Below, piece after piece: positions 49,207 through 63,534 of a stretch of 64,000 nucleotides of DNA. Within the stretch, counting starts at the first letter, position 1, and the number at the start of each line of letters is the position of its first letter. The translations under genes were made by a program, and so were the position numbers. This DNA comes from Hemiscyllium ocellatum (Eukaryota), in contig NC_083440.1 of NCBI RefSeq assembly GCF_020745735.1, positions 32,164,468 through 32,228,467 on the forward strand. Reading direction: 5' to 3'. The notes below the pieces were generated by a model. It saw nothing but the letters and a program-made list of their open reading frames with translations. It searched no databases and was not told where the DNA came from.

Positions 49207-50037
49207 GATTAAACATGGACAAAGAACTGAATTCCAGAAATGTGGGAAGAGTGACAGCCCTTCACATTAAGGTCACATTCGACAGAGTCTGATATTATGG
49301 GGTCCTAGCAAAACTGGATTCAATGGGTATCAGGTGACAACCTCCCTGCTGCCTGCAGTCAGACCTCACACATTGGAAGGTGGCTCTGCTTGTTAGAGGG
49401 CAGTCGTCTCAGCCAAAGCAAATCTCTGTTGGAGTTCCTAAAGAAAGTGTCCTTGGCCCAATCATGTTCAGCTGCTTCAGCAATGCCTTTCCCTCCCTCA
49501 GAAGGTCAGAAGTGAAATCTGCATTGATCTAGCACTTTTTTTTGGGACTGCTCAGTCCACATTCAAACGCAACAAAATCTGGACAATTTCCTGCCTTGAG
49601 CTGACAAGTGGCAAATAGCATTCACACCACAAACCTGCGAGACAATGACCATTGACAATAAGAGACAATCTAACCAAAACCCCTTGACATTCAATAGTGT
49701 TACCATCACGGAATCCCTCACCATCGACATCCTGGGTTTTATTGTTCATTAGAAATTGAGCTGGACACTCCATATAAATACAATGGTTGTAAGAGCAGGC
49801 CAGAGGCTAGGAATACTGCAGCGAGTAACTCACCCTCCTGACTTGCAAAGCCAATTAATTGTCTAAGAGACAGAAGTCAGGAGGGTAATAGCACAGCTCG
49901 CCCTTTGACTGGACAGGAGCACCTTCAACTGCACTCAAGAAGCTAGACATTGTCCAGGACAAAGCATTCCACTTGATCAGCAGCACATCCACAAGCGTCC
50001 ATTGCCTCCAAATCTGATGCTTATTCCCTGCCGTATG

Positions 50038-50132
50038 GTGAAAAATGTGTTGCTAGAAAAGCGCAGCAGGTCAGGCAGCATCCAAGGAGCAGGAGAATCG
50101 ATGTTTCGGGCATAAGCCCTTCTTCAGGTATA
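50038..50132 (-). mobile_element. Family A single-arm insertion with hammerhead-like core
   Basis: Minus strand CTGAAGA-A-GGGC-ttat-GCCC-GAAA-CATC. Perfect 11-bp direct repeat CCTGCCGTATG at 50027-50037 and 50133-50143. Confidence 0.8.
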
Positions 50133-50775
50133 CCTGCCGTATGCACTGTCTAAAATACTGCACTGCAGTAACTTAGCCACTTCCTTACACAGTACCTTCC
50201 CACTCCCACTTGCATCTCGATGGATAAGAACAGCAGATACATGGGAACAGCACCACTGTAAGCTCCTCTCTAAACTACTCAGCATCCTGACATGGAAATA
50301 TATCATCGATGTTTCACTGTAACTGGGTCAAAATCTGGAATTCCCTTCCTCAGGTCATTTTGGAAGATGTTATTTCAGAAAGGCAGCTTTCTGCCATCTT
50401 CTGAAGGACACCTACCGACAACTAAAAGCAACCACCGTGTTCCATGAGTCAATAAAACAATCATTGAAGTTAATATGACAGTTTGAGAAAGTGGTTAAGG
50501 AGGCATTATGAGTATGTAATAAGCAATCGAAAGGTTTGGAGTAAAGTTCCAGAATCAATCTCTACCATAGTAGCTTCAATTAATGAAAGAGTATGAAATG
50601 AAACTGCTGAAGTAACGAATGATAATCACATACCTACCAAAGGTTTGAAGCATGTTACATGGTTCAGTATTGTCCTTCAGAGGAGGATGTGTGACCTTCC
50701 TAACTGGCCTGCCCTACCTGTTCAACAAAAAGGCGATGGTTCCTTTCCTGTGCTGAACCTGACTAAGAAACCCAT

Positions 50776-50995
50776 CAGGAGAAAGTGAGGACTGCAGGTG
50801 CTGGAGATCTGAGTTGAGAGTGTAGTGCTGGAAAAGCACAGCAGGTCAGGCAGCATCCAAGGAGCAGGAGAATCAATGTTCCAGCCATAACAACTACATC
50901 AGGTATCTTAATGAAGGCCTTATGCCCAAAACATCGATTCACCTGCTCCTCGGATGCTGCCTGACCTGCTGTACTTTTCCAGCACTACAGTCTCG
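50776..50995. mobile_element. Family A-related inverted-repeat insertion, opposite orientation
   Basis: Arms GTGTAGTGCTGGAAAAGCACAGCAGG / CCTGCTGTACTTTTCCAGCACTACAG; imperfect flanking repeat GACT.AGAA.CC. Confidence 0.75.
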
Positions 50996-53900
50996 ACTGA
51001 GAAGCCATTTGGTTGGAATAAAGCTTCTTAAGAAAGATCAACCATAATTAGCCGAGCAAGATGGCAGGCCTTCAAAAAGGGAGCTGATGACCACCTTCTT
51101 GGGATATGTGACTAACATTTTCATAATTCAGTGAAGAATTCAACAAATGCTAATTACGGTGAGTCAGACTCTTCAGACAGAATCCGATACAGATTTTAGA
51201 TTGGTGAGTGGATGCAAAGTCTCCTGTGATGTTGCTGTGAACAGCAAGAGAGTTCTTGCCAGTATTCCACTCCAATATTTGTTCATGATGTAAAGTGTCA
51301 GATTTATTGCATTTCTGTGCTTTCTGTACATTGCCAACATTCGGATCACAGTGATGATATCATGGGACCAGTATTCTCGAACTCCAGTTTGATGTTGGAT
51401 GGCCAGGGTTTGGAATATCATCGTTTTCCCAGGGTGAAATGTGAATTTAAAGAAATCCTGGAATCAGAAAGGAAGGCAAATGGTGACCATGTAACCCGAG
51501 TCAATGGAAAAATACAAAAACAGCTGGTTCACGAATGACAAGGCATCTGTCACCTTTACATGGTCTGGCCACCATGAGATTCCAGACCCACTGGGAAGTA
51601 ATTGACTGTGTTCTAAAGTGGCTTTAGCAAGCTATTCAATGGGCAGTTGGGGATAGGGACTCATTGCTGACCCTTACCATTAAGTAATACGTGTAACGAA
51701 ACCTCGTAACAACGATATCAATTAAATGTAATTGTTGCGGCAGTTCCTGTATTTCACGTGAATATTCTAAATTTGCAGAATTTTCAGCACTGAATTGTTA
51801 ACCTAAATAAAAGTTTTAAATTATTTATCTTTCAGAAATAAACAAAATCTGTTGCAATTCGGCTTCATAAATTTTACTCACTTCTGCAAATGGTCAACAT
51901 TCTTAAAATAAACTTGTTTTGATTTGAAACTTACCACCAAATCACTTCATTCACCTGGCTTTGCTGCCACCATCACTTCCTTGAAGCCAATTAAGCATTT
52001 ATGTAAATAAACACAGAAATAGAATTCTCAGAATCGATTACAGAACCACAAAACCCTAATTTATATTTCCCCACAAGCACAGCACACGAATTGTGGAAAA
52101 AATGCAAATAACTCAATGGATTCCAATACTAATTGATGTTTGGACTTTTTAATACATAAGTTGTATGATTGCTGAATGACAGAGGTATCAATTGTCATGT
52201 TTAGTCAAAAAACTATAATTAAGAGATACATTGGCACAGCTAATATTTCTGTGTCTCTTTTTCTCTCTTCCCCTCCTGCCTTCCCCCTTTTTTCTTTATC
52301 TCTGATGCCTTGTTTTGCCTCTCCACAATCGGACAATGTTTTCCTCAATAACATGAAGCCAACACCTCACCAACATTGCCTCTCAGCCAAATCCATCCAT
52401 TTCTTTCGAGAGATTTGAGTCAGGACAGCAAGATTTTCTCAAAAATCTGTGAGTATTGAGTGATCTGGAAATGCTTGATAGGAATGAGGCTGCAAGACTT
52501 TCCTGTGTTAGTGTTTTCATTGTATCTCAGCACTATTATTCTTGTCTGAGGAATGTTTAATGGTTCAGTGTCATGCATATTTAGTCTATAATTAACCTTA
52601 CACTGCACATCTCATGGAAGGTTTAATATTGTAGAGGTCAATTTATTCTGTATCGACTCTGGGAGGATTTTTTTTAGGGAATCCTGGATGCAGCTTCACT
52701 CTGTGTCTAAACTAAAATATATTTGACATGATTGCATTGGACAACACAATATAGAGGGAGATTTACCCAGAACATTACATGAGCTGTACAATCACGGAAA
52801 ACATTTGATGTAGCCGTGTAAAGGGGCTTGAACTCCTACCCACTGTCTTTCTGATTTTGAAATGCTTGATACCAGAATAAAAAGGGAACAACACTATGCA
52901 TCGAAACTTTGTTATACAAGTAGATTATCATCTACAGGCACAGACATACACACACACATAAGCAAATCATCTCTGAACAACCCTTGCAGTGTTTAATGGA
53001 TTAGTTCTGAGAGAGCTTTAATATGCAATGTGTGTGTATTCCATGCAACACATGCCGACAGTGTGCTTGATATGGTAGTTTAAATGTCGTTTTGATCTGT
53101 CTTTAACCTTTTCTGTGACAGCCGTGGTTGTGTCTGACAAATATTCAACAGAACTGGAGGACTATAAATGTAGTCACTGCATTAGAGGCAGAATGCAATG
53201 CCATCAAACAGTGAGAAAGATGATCCCTGTCTTTTTTCATGATGAGGAAGGATTGAAGTAGCTGGGCTTCAAACATGAAATGGAGGGTAATTTCGATGAG
53301 ACCTATATAATTCTGAAAAGACTAACTTCGAGCAAAAGTCAATGAGAGGGAACCAGAAGCAGTCTGTTCAGCCAATGGGGTTTGGGCTTCCAAACAATGA
53401 CATCATAGCTGAGCTGATAATCCTCACCTCCACTTTTCAGCGTTTAACTGTAAGCATTGATTCAATTCCCAAATCAAAGCCTGCCCACTTCAGCCTTCAA
53501 AATACTGACTGACCCAGCCTCGACAGTGTTCTATGGAAACAAATTCCACAGATTCACTACATTCTGGGAGACAAAATTCTGTTTGCCTGATATTTGTGAC
53601 CTCTCATTCAGAGATTTTACTCACTGGTCCGAACCTCTCCCACAAGGGGAAACAACATTTCTGCATTTACACCATCAAGTTTCCTGAAAATAATAGATGT
53701 TTCAGAATGTCACCACTGAATCTTCAATGTTCTAATGAGTATAGGCCCAAACGACTCAGTCTCTACTCTCAAGACAGTCCCTCCATCCTCAGGATGAGTC
53801 AACTAAACCTCGTGTGGATTGTCTCACAGTCCAGTGTACCTTTTCTTTGTGAAATGAGTCCCAAGAACAGTCCACAGTATTCCAGCTGTGGTAAAAATAC

Positions 53901-54724
53901 AGCTTCTTTTCAGTTTAAACAAACATCATAGTCATACAGATATCAGACACAGAAACAGACCCTTCGATCTAACTGCACTGACCAGATATCCCAACCTGAC
54001 TGAGTACCATTTGCCAGACATTTGGACTATCTTTCTCTAAATGTTCCCTGGCACCATCCAGGTGCCTTTTAAATGCAGTAATTGAACCCACCTCCCCCAT
54101 TACCACTGACAGCTGTTTCCATACATACACGTGAAAAGGTTACCCCTCAGGTTCTTTTCAAACGTTTCTCCTCTCACCTTAATCTGCTGTCCTCTCGTTT
54201 TGGACTCTCCCACTCGAGGAAAAAGGCCTTGGCTATTCACCATATCAATGCCCTGCATGGTTTTATAGGGTCTTGTTCAGGCCACTCCTCAGCCTCCTTT
54301 CCTCTCACTGTAGGGAAAAGAAAAGCCCCAGTCTATTCAGCTTCACCTTATACCTTAAACACTCCAGTTCCAGCATCATTCTTGGAAATCTTTTCTATAT
54401 CCCCTCAAGTTTCACAAAATCCTTCATAGAAATGGTCAGCCAGATTTGTCTGTAATAATTCTAAACGTGGGCTCACAAATGTTCTGTACAGCTGAGATAT
54501 GACATCTCGACTCCTACACTTAATGCTATGACCAATGAAGGAAAACGTGCCAAACACCTTCTTCCCCACCCTGTCTACCTGCAACTCCACTTTCAAGGAA
54601 TGATGCATCTGCACCCTTTGGTTTCTTTGCTCAGCAACACTCCCCAAGGCCCAGCCATTAATTGTATAAGTCTTGCCCTGGTTTGCCTTACAAAAATGCA
54701 GCACCTCACATTTATTTAATAAAG

Positions 54725-55615
54725 TTTGGGTTCATGAAAGGCAGGTCATGTTTAACTGATTAACTGGAATTCTTTGAGGTCATAATGAGCGTGGTAGACA
54801 ATGGGGAACTGGTGAACGTGGTGTATCTGGATTTCCAAAAGGCATTCAGCAAGGTGCTGCACAAAAGGCTGCTGCATAAGATAAAGATGCACAGTGTTAC
54901 GGGCAATGCATTAGCATGGACAGAAAACTGGTTAACTAACAGAATGCAAAACGTGGGGATAAATGGGTGTTTTTCTGGTTGGCAATCAGTGGCGAGTGGT
55001 GTGTCTCAGGGATGAGTGTTGGCACTGCAATTGTTTACAATTCAGGTAGATTGCTTCGAGTTAGAGATCCAAGTGTAGTGTGTTGTAGTTCGCAGAAGGC
55101 ACTTAAATGAGTGATAGAGCAAAGTGTGCAGGAGGATATAGATAGGTTAAGTAAGTGGGCAAGAGTCTGGCAGATGGAGTACAATGTTAGTAAACGTGAG
55201 GTCATCCATTTTGGTAGGAATAATAACAAACAGAATACTGCTGTGCAGGGGGACTTGGCTGTTCTTGTGCATGAAACAAAAAAGTATGGTTTGCAGGTAC
55301 AGTAGCTAATTAGGAAGACAAATGAAATAATGTCCTTCATTGGCTGTGGATAGAGTTTAAAATTAGGACTTTCTGTTGCAGCTGTATAGGGCGCTGGTGT
55401 GACCATGCCTGGAGTACTCTCTACACTTCTCATTGCCTTACCCGAAATGGCACTGGGGTGGGGTTTGCTGAGGAGGTTGATTACGTTGATTCTGGAAATG
55501 AGGGGGTTGGCTTGTGAGGAGAGATTGAGCAGACTGGGAGTATACTCATTGGAATTCAGAAGAATGTGGGAGGGGGGTTGTAAAATTCTAAATGGGATAG
55601 ATAAAACAGAAGCAG
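54725..55615 (+). mobile_element. CR1 RT fragment
   Basis: VVYLDFQKAFSKVLHKRLLHK and VQEDIDRLSKWARVWQMEYNVSK. Confidence 0.88.
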
Positions 55616-55619
55616 GGAA

Positions 55620-56600
55620 ATTTGAAACCTTCATTTTTAAATCAATTCTATCCTTTCTCATCATTATTATTAAACCAATAGAATTATGATCACTTTCCCT
55701 GAAGAGTGCCCCTACAGACACCTCAGTCACTTGTCCTGCCTTGGTTCCCAACAGAAGGTCAAGTATTGCAGACTGTCCAGTAGGTGCATCCACATATTGA
55801 ATAACAACGTTTTCTTGTACACACTTAACCAATTTCTCCACATTCCAAAATCTTAACACTACCCCAAACTCTGGTTGGAAAGTTAAAATTCCCTACCATT
55901 ATCCTCTTTCCTTACAGATAGCATAATCGCTTGTAAATTTCCCACTGACTATTATTTTACAATCCCAGCAAGGTCATCACCTCTTTCTTATTTTTAAGTT
56001 TCATCCATATAACTTCACTGGGCAGTCTCCAAGAAATATCCTCTCTACATCCAGCTGTAATGTTCTTTCTAACCAAAAACACCACTCTATCTCCTCTCTT
56101 GCTCCTCTGTCTATACATTCTATAACATCTGTATCCTGGAACATTAAGTTGCCAGTTCTGTTCATCCCTGACCCACATTTCTGTAATGGGAATGTTATCC
56201 TTGTCCCACATTCCCATCTATGCCCTATGTTCATCTGTCTCACATGTCAGGCCTCTTGCATCGAAGTAAATGCAGTTTAGCAGTCTTACCTTGCTCTTGC
56301 CAAACTGTTGTCTGCCTTGACCCCGAGAATTGCTCACTGCATCTCACCTCAAACATTTCTCTTTTCCCACCATCTTGTTGGTTCCCAACATCCCCCTTAC
56401 TAATTTAAAACCTTCAGCACACTGCTAGCAAATTTCCCCACAAGAATATCGGTCCCCTTCCAATTCAGGCCCCTCTTATATAGGTCATTTCTATCCCTGA
56501 AGAGATCCCAATGATTGAAAAATGGGAATCCTAACCCCTGCAGCAGCTCCTCAGCTACACATTCGCTGCTCGATCTGACTGTTCCTAATCTCAATATTCC
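55620..56600 (-). mobile_element. CR1 ORF1 end and endonuclease fragment
   Basis: HWDLFRDRNDLYK (ORF1 esterase-like), WQLNVPGYRCYR, AILDLLLG and ESDHN. Confidence 0.82.
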
Positions 56601-57624
56601 ATTAGTTTTTAAACAAACCCCAACATGACATTTGTCATCTTTATTGAGAGTTGAAATTAAAAGCTAACTTTTTGTGGTTCGGAGATGCAGACTTCCTGTA
56701 GATTTCTGAATTCAATCTCTATCTTGCCTGTTAAAATGCACAAGTTCACTGTTTATGTCTGTTCTCATTTATTTAATCCACATTACATTAATGTGCAAAG
56801 CTCCTTGTTCACTCCCGTCCTATCTGTATCGCTCCACAAACTTCTTTTTGTGTCATACTCACCACTTGTCTCCGCTCCAATTTTTGTGTCATTCGCAAAC
56901 TTGCCTACAATATATTCACTTTCCTCATCTAAGTCATCAAAATACTTTGTAAATTTTTTTTCTCCCCCAGAACAGATTTATGTGGTACTCCACAGATTGA
57001 CATCCTGTAAAATAAAACACTTCATCAAACTTTTCTGATTGGGATTTCAAAAATCCTCTCTCCACGTTAATACAGTCCCTCCAAAGCCAAGGCTCCTTTC
57101 TCATTCAGTGATCTTATGCAAGGGTGCTGTCAAACACCTTCAGAAAATCAAAACATATTACAATCACGGTTTCCTCCATTTTCTCCAAGAATTCCAATAC
57201 ATTTATCAGGCAAGATTTCCATTTTGTAAAGCCATTCTCAGTTTTCTGCTGTAACATTCTTTTTTAAAGACTCCACCATTTTTTTCAATAAATGATGTTA
57301 AACTAAGTAGCCTCAGTCAACCTTTTGTGTGCCTTAACTTTTTATGAGTGAAGGTGTTGGTTGAAGGATCGACCATCAGCCATCACTTCCACCTGCTGGA
57401 GAAGTACTGTCATCTACTGTGAAAAACTCAACAAAATGTATCTATGTTCATTTACTGAGAAAGCAATTCCACAAATGTTCTAGCTCATCACCTTCTGCTG
57501 GTGGTCCCAGATTTTATGAAGCAATTCATTGAAAGTCGACAAGGCTAATTAGCATCAATCCAAGATCAATATTTGAGCAGAAATATCTCAATTCCTGCTC
57601 ATGTATTTTTGTTCATCTCTTTTT

Positions 57625-58590
57625 AGGACATTAGCTTTGACAATGTGGAGACTGTATGGGTGGAGCTGTGAAATACCAAAGGACAAAAAACATTAGTGGG
57701 TGTCATACACAGACCCCCCAGACTGCAGTGGTCATATCGGAATAGTATTAAACAGGAAATTAGCCAAGCATGTGATATGGAGACATCTGTGATCATGGGT
57801 GATTTTAATCTGCATCTAGATTGGACAAATCAAATTAGCCACAATGTCTTAGAGGAAAAATTCCTGGAGTACATGCGGGATGGTTTTCTTAACCAATATG
57901 TGGATGAACCAACTAGAGAGCAGGCCATCTTAGACTGGGTACTGTGTAATGAGAAGGGAATCATTGTCAATCTAACTGCGTGAGACTCCTTGGGGATGAG
58001 TGACCATGACATGATACAACTTTTTTATCAAGATGGAGAGTGAGCCAGCTGATTTGGAGACTAGGGTGCTGAATTTTAATAAAGGAAACTATGAAGATAT
58101 ATAAGGCATGAGTTGGCGTTGATAGATCAGTGAAAGTTGCTTAAAGGTGTGACAGTAGATAGGCATTGGCAAATATTCAAGGAAATCATGGGGGAACTGC
58201 AACAACTATTTATTCCTGTCTGGTACAAAAGCAAAATGGGTAACAGGGCCAATCCATGGCTTATAAAGGAAATTAGATAGCATCCAATTGAAGGAAATAG
58301 CATAGAAATGGGCCAAGAAAAATAATAGGTCTGATGTTAGAGAGCAGTTTTGAATTCAGCAAAGAAGGACCAAGGGATTGATTAAGATGGGGAAAACAGT
58401 CCAAAAGAAAGTAAGCTTGCAGGGAGCATGAAGACTGACGCTACAAGGTTCTACAGTGCATGAAGAGAAAGAGATTGATGAAGACAAATGGTAGGTCCCT
58501 GCAGATGGAAATTGTGGAAATGTATAACAAAGGACAACGAAACAGCTGAGCAATTGTATCCATCCTTTAGTTCTGTCTATTTACAAGGAT
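57625..58590 (+). mobile_element. CR1 endonuclease/linker fragment
   Basis: GVIHRPP, VIMGDFNLH and PTREQAILDWVLCN. Confidence 0.88.
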
Positions 58591-60597
58591 GTGTCCAGGA
58601 CTGGAGGGTTTGACTGAGATGGAAAGGAGCTTGAAGGATGAGGGGTGACCTTACAGAGGTTTATAGTATAATAAGGAGCATATATAAGGTGAATGTCAGA
58701 TGTCTTTTCCCTTGGGTGATAGACTTCAGGGTTTGTATATGAAGAGGAAGTGATTAGAGAGATATGGAACAAGTACAGGTAAATGGGACTAGGGTAAATT
58801 AGGATATCTGGTCAGCATGGACGAGTTGGGCCGAAGGATCTGTTTCTGTGCTGTACGCCTCTATTACTCAATAGAGAGATGAATAAAATAATGAGGGGTG
58901 TTCATAAGATTGATAGCGAGGAAAAATTCCCCTTGGACTAGGGAGCTTATTCCCCCCTAGACTTCAGCACTAGGGGACATACTTTTAAAGTGAGAGGAGA
59001 AAGATTTAAAAGGGAAATGAGGTTCAACTTGTTCTACACAGAGAGTGGTTCATGAGGAATTAATGGATGCGGGTTCAGTTCCAATGTTTAAAAGGTATTT
59101 GGACAAACAGGAAAGTTTGTCGGGATATGGGCCAGGAGCAGGTGGTGGGACTAGTTTTGTTTGGGATTATGGTTAGCATGGACTTTGGGGGAAACAAAAG
59201 GTCTGTTTCCATGCTGTATGACTTTATCACTGACATTCCCCTTAAGTCTCCTGCCCCTTACCTTAAATATCTGCACTGCCTTCCAGTCTTTACAACATTT
59301 GTCTGAATTGGTTCCTCCATCAAGGGGAATATTTCCTTACTGTCTACCCAATCAACACCTCCCATTATTTTGTACATCTCAGTGATGCCATCGAGTCAAA
59401 CAGATGTACAACACAGAAACAGATCCTTCAGCCCAACTCGTCCATGCTAACCAGATATCCAAAATTAACATTGTCCCATTTACCAGCACTTGGCCCTCTA
59501 ATCCCTTCCAGTTCAAATTAAAACTCACCCAACACCAGGTTATAATCCAACAGGTTTGTTTGGAACCACTAGATTTCCGAACACTGCTCCTTCATCAGGT
59601 GGTTGTGGAGTTTTCTTCTACCCCTCCTGATGCCTTTTATCTGTTACTAGCCTTGTACTGGCCTGCACTTCCTCTTGCATACATGCACTGCCTGTTGCAT
59701 GAAAAACTTGCCCCTTAGAACCCTTGTAAGTCTTTCCCCTCTCACCCTAAACCTATGCCCTCTAGTTCTGGACTCCCCCACCCCAGGGAAAAGACCTTGT
59801 CTATTTACCCCATCCGTGCATCCATGATTTTATAAACCTCTTGAAGGTCACTCCTCAGCCTTCGACACTCCAGGGAAGACAGTTCCAGCCTATCCAGCCT
59901 TTCCTGTAGTTCAAACCCTCCAACCCTGGCAACATCCTTGTAAATCTTTTCTGAACCCTTTCAAATTTCACAATATCCTTTCTATAGGAGTCAGAGCAGA
60001 ATTGCACACAATACTCCAAAGGTAGCCTAACCAATGTCCTGTACAGCCACAACATGACCTCCAAACTCCTTTACTCAATGCTCTGACTAATAAGGGAAAG
60101 CATATCAAATGCCTTCGTCACTATCCTATCTACCTGTGACTCCCCTCTCAATCTCTCTGGTCGAAGGAAAACGACCCAATCTTTCCAGTCGCTCTTCATA
60201 ACTGAAACTCTCCAGCTCAGAAAACATCTTTCCAAGTCTTGAGTACTAACATATCCATCCTTAAATGTGGATTCTAGAAATGCAGACAACAAGCTAGCTG
60301 TCCCCTAGCCAATGTTTTCGACAGTTCGAACCGAACTTGCCAGCTCAACCTCTGTGCTTAACAAGGAAAGGCGAGTTTATCACCTGCCCTGGTGTTTAAG
60401 TGACTGGTGGACATGCACAACAAGGTCCCTCTGATCTTCAGTGCTTCCCAGGGCCCTATAGTTCATCACGTATTCCCTTACCGTGATTGTCCTCTTATGA
60501 TCTAAGCCCATCTTCCTCACTGTTTGCCACAACACTAGTTTTCGTATCATCCGTGAACTCACTGATCAATCAACTCACTGAATGGCACCGATCAATT

Positions 60598-61190
60598 AGG
60601 GCAGCACGGTGGCACTGCTGCCTCACAGCGCCAGAGACCTGGGTTCAATTCCCGTCTCAGGGGACTCTCTCTGTAGAGTTTGCACATTCTCCAGGTGCTC
60701 CGGTTTCGGCCCACAATCCAAAAATGTGCAGGTTAGGTGAATTGGCGATGCTAAATTGCCCATAGTGTTAGGTGAAGGGGTAAATGTACGAGTATGGGTC
60801 TGAGTGGTATACGCTTCGGGGAATCGGTGTGGACTTTAGATTCACTCCAATGTGGAAACAGGCTCTTCGGCCCAACAAGTCCACACCACCCCTCCAAAGA
60901 GAAACCCACCCAAACTCCTACCCTATATTTACCCCTGACTAACACAATGGGCAATTTAGCATGGCCAATTCACCTTACCTGCGCATCTTTGGATTGTGGG
61001 AGGAAACCGGAGCACCCGGAGGGGACCCATGTAGACACAGGGAGAATGTGCAAACTCCACACAGACAGGCGGGAATCAAACCCAGGACCCTGGTGCTGTG
61101 AGGCAGCAGTGCTAAACACTGAGCCACCGTGCTGCCCTACTTGTTGGGCTGAAGGGCCTGTTTCCATACTGTAAGTAATCTAATATAATC
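60598..61190. mobile_element. HE1 SINE (+) interrupted by an inverted HE1 SINE (~60836-61138, -)
   Basis: The plus copy stops at GTGTGGACTT and resumes at ACTTGTTGGG after a full minus-strand copy. Confidence 0.82.
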
Positions 61191-61194
61191 TAAT

Positions 61195-61690
61195 CCTCCA
61201 ACTTTCAAGAGAAAGTTATTTCTATCAACCTAGAAACTGCGAGGACCCAATACTGGCCTCTGCAAGATCCCACTGGGCACAAACTTCCAGTTACAGAAGC
61301 ACATCTCAACCATCACCCTCTGCTCCCTACCACTCAGCCCATTGTGGATCCAATTTTCCAAATTTCCTTGCAGCCCATGGGCTCTTGTCTTTGCCATCAG
61401 TGTCCCATGCAGCACCTTATCAAAAGCCCCACTGAATTCCAAGTAGCCTCCACCAAATGCATTGCTGTCACCTACACATCTGGTCACCTCTTTGATAAAT
61501 TCAATCAGGTTGGTCAGATATGACCTTCCTTTCATAAACCCACACCTACTGTTCTTGATTAACCCCTGCCTGCTCCAAGTGCAGATTCATTTTGTCCCGA
61601 AGTATTCATTCCAACAGTTTCCCCACCGTCAGACTGATTGGCCTGTAGTTTCCTGGTTTCTCCCTCCTTCCTTCTTGAAGACCTTGTCAC
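61195..61690 (-). mobile_element. CR1 RT fragment
   Basis: KGRSYLTNLIEF...FSGAFDKVLHG...SGILQRPVLGP. Confidence 0.82.
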
Positions 61691-62684
61691 ATTTATTGTT
61701 TTTAATTGAGGTCTGCAGCCAAGTGTTAGGTCTCTTGTACAGCTTGGGGAAGGTAGAAAGGGACAGTGGTAGTGTCTTTACCTCTGAGCTAGGAGATTCA
61801 GTTTCGAGTCCCACCTGGTCCAGAGGAGTACCGTACCATCACTGAACAGGTTGGTTGAGAAACTATCTCCAAGGTGTTTTCCCCTCTCCTGAAATGACTG
61901 AGTTTATCCTGAATAGACATTCCAACAACACCTCTGCACCTGAATGGCACTGTCTCTTCTCAATCTAATTTTTCTTCCTTCCATCCGAACCTCTTTTGGG
62001 AGCTTTACAGCATTCACTTTACCCCGGGGAAGTGAGTTCTGCAGCTTTTACACACTTTTACATTTGTGTCTTTGCCAGTTTTTTGAAAATCAAGGACCAA
62101 TCAACCTGAAACAGCAGCAGGAATTTATCTTCTTGGATACAATCTCGGATGATGACCTCTGCAGGGAGACAGACATCAACTGCAAATAACCTCTTGGATC
62201 TTCCTGTACATCGACAGCATTGGTCTGTTTGGGTGCCTGCTTTTCTAAACCGTGTCCGAGCAACAAATGATGATAGATTCATAACAGTTTTCCTCCAATC
62301 CATGTTTAAGGCATGTGTTTGTGTTATTTTTCACTGACTATTGATTTAATCTTCTAAAGTGGGGAGAGGCTTCCATCCCAGATGACCACACCAGCGTGCC
62401 TTGGGGACCCTGAGGAAATGATTAGGGAAGTGTATCTGTACCACTCCACCTTCTGCACCCTGTACTGCCAGTTAGTGCTCCCTCAGTATCTCAGAAAGCA
62501 CCTCCTCAGTATGTTATCCCAAAGCACCTCGACAGAACATTCATGCCCTCAACACCTCAGAAAACAAACCTGTTACCCCCTTGGACCGTGTTCATCCCCA
62601 AACCTGTTCTCACTGTGGTGACCCACAGCCACCCCCAAGATGGAGCCCAGGGCCCAGAACATTATTTGGGTCTCTGGATTGATT

Positions 62685-62945
62685 ATATAATGTGGAAGTA
62701 GGCCATTCAGCCTATCAGGTTCATACTGACCCTCGGCAGAGCATCCCATCCCCCCACTCTATCCCTGGATCCCTTCATTCCCTCTGGCTAATCCACCGAG
62801 CCTGCACATCTTTGGACAGTGGGAGGGAACTGAAGCACCCGGAGGCTGACACGGGGAGAATGTGCAAACTCCACACAGACAGTCGCCCGAGGCTGGAATC
62901 GAACCCGGGTGGGGTGAGGCAACAGAGCTAACCACAGAGCCCCTG
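62685..62945 (-). mobile_element. HE1-type SINE, degenerate
   Basis: Consensus body recognisable. Confidence 0.72.
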
Positions 62946-63361
62946 TGACAATCTCACTATCTCCGCCCCATTGATGACCGTTTGATATCTATACCCGGGG
63001 AGTATCTAACCTGTCTAGCGTTTATTTAAGAAAGATTAGGGAAAAGGACAATGCCTCCACAAGCTCAAGATGCTAAAAAATATTTATATTCATTTTAAAC
63101 AGAGACTTTATTCACAAAAAAAATTATGTACAAACATAGTAACTAAAGTTCAGTTCTGTCCAGTCTTTACAACAAGTCTTTATGATGACATATAAACTTC
63201 TCTTGGCTGAGTAACTGAAATGTTAGATCTGAGCTGTTCCTTCTTAATTAACATCATAAAGTTACTTTGATAAGGATCTTTGTGAAGTGCCGTAAATCTT
63301 TATCTGTTCCCCCACGCACCCCCGCCCTACAAATACAATGCCTTACAAATGCTTGAACCTG

Positions 63362-63534
63362 AGCTGAAAATGTGTTGCTGGAAAAGTGCAGCAGGTCAGG
63401 CAGCATCCAAGGAGCAGGAGAGTTGACAGAAATGTCGATTCTCCTGCTCCTTGGATGCTGCCTGACCTGCTGCGCTTTTCCAGCAATACATTGTCAGCTC
63501 TGATCTCCAGCATCTGCAGTCCTCATTTTCTCCT
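63362..63534. mobile_element. Family A inverted-repeat insertion, core largely deleted
   Basis: Same arms as 32512; loop short and lacking CTGAAGA. Confidence 0.78.

Larger units (their letters stand above)
48300..50400 (+). mobile_element. Degenerate CR1-clade LINE (RT region) with two nested insertions
   Basis: KAEAFTAIVSQKC and remnants of the AFDRV and GVPQGSVLGP motifs. Confidence 0.7.

Noticed and set aside
55035-55859. 274-aa ORF as a cellular gene
   Set aside because: It is a chimera of a CR1 endonuclease fragment and the antisense strand of an adjacent CR1.
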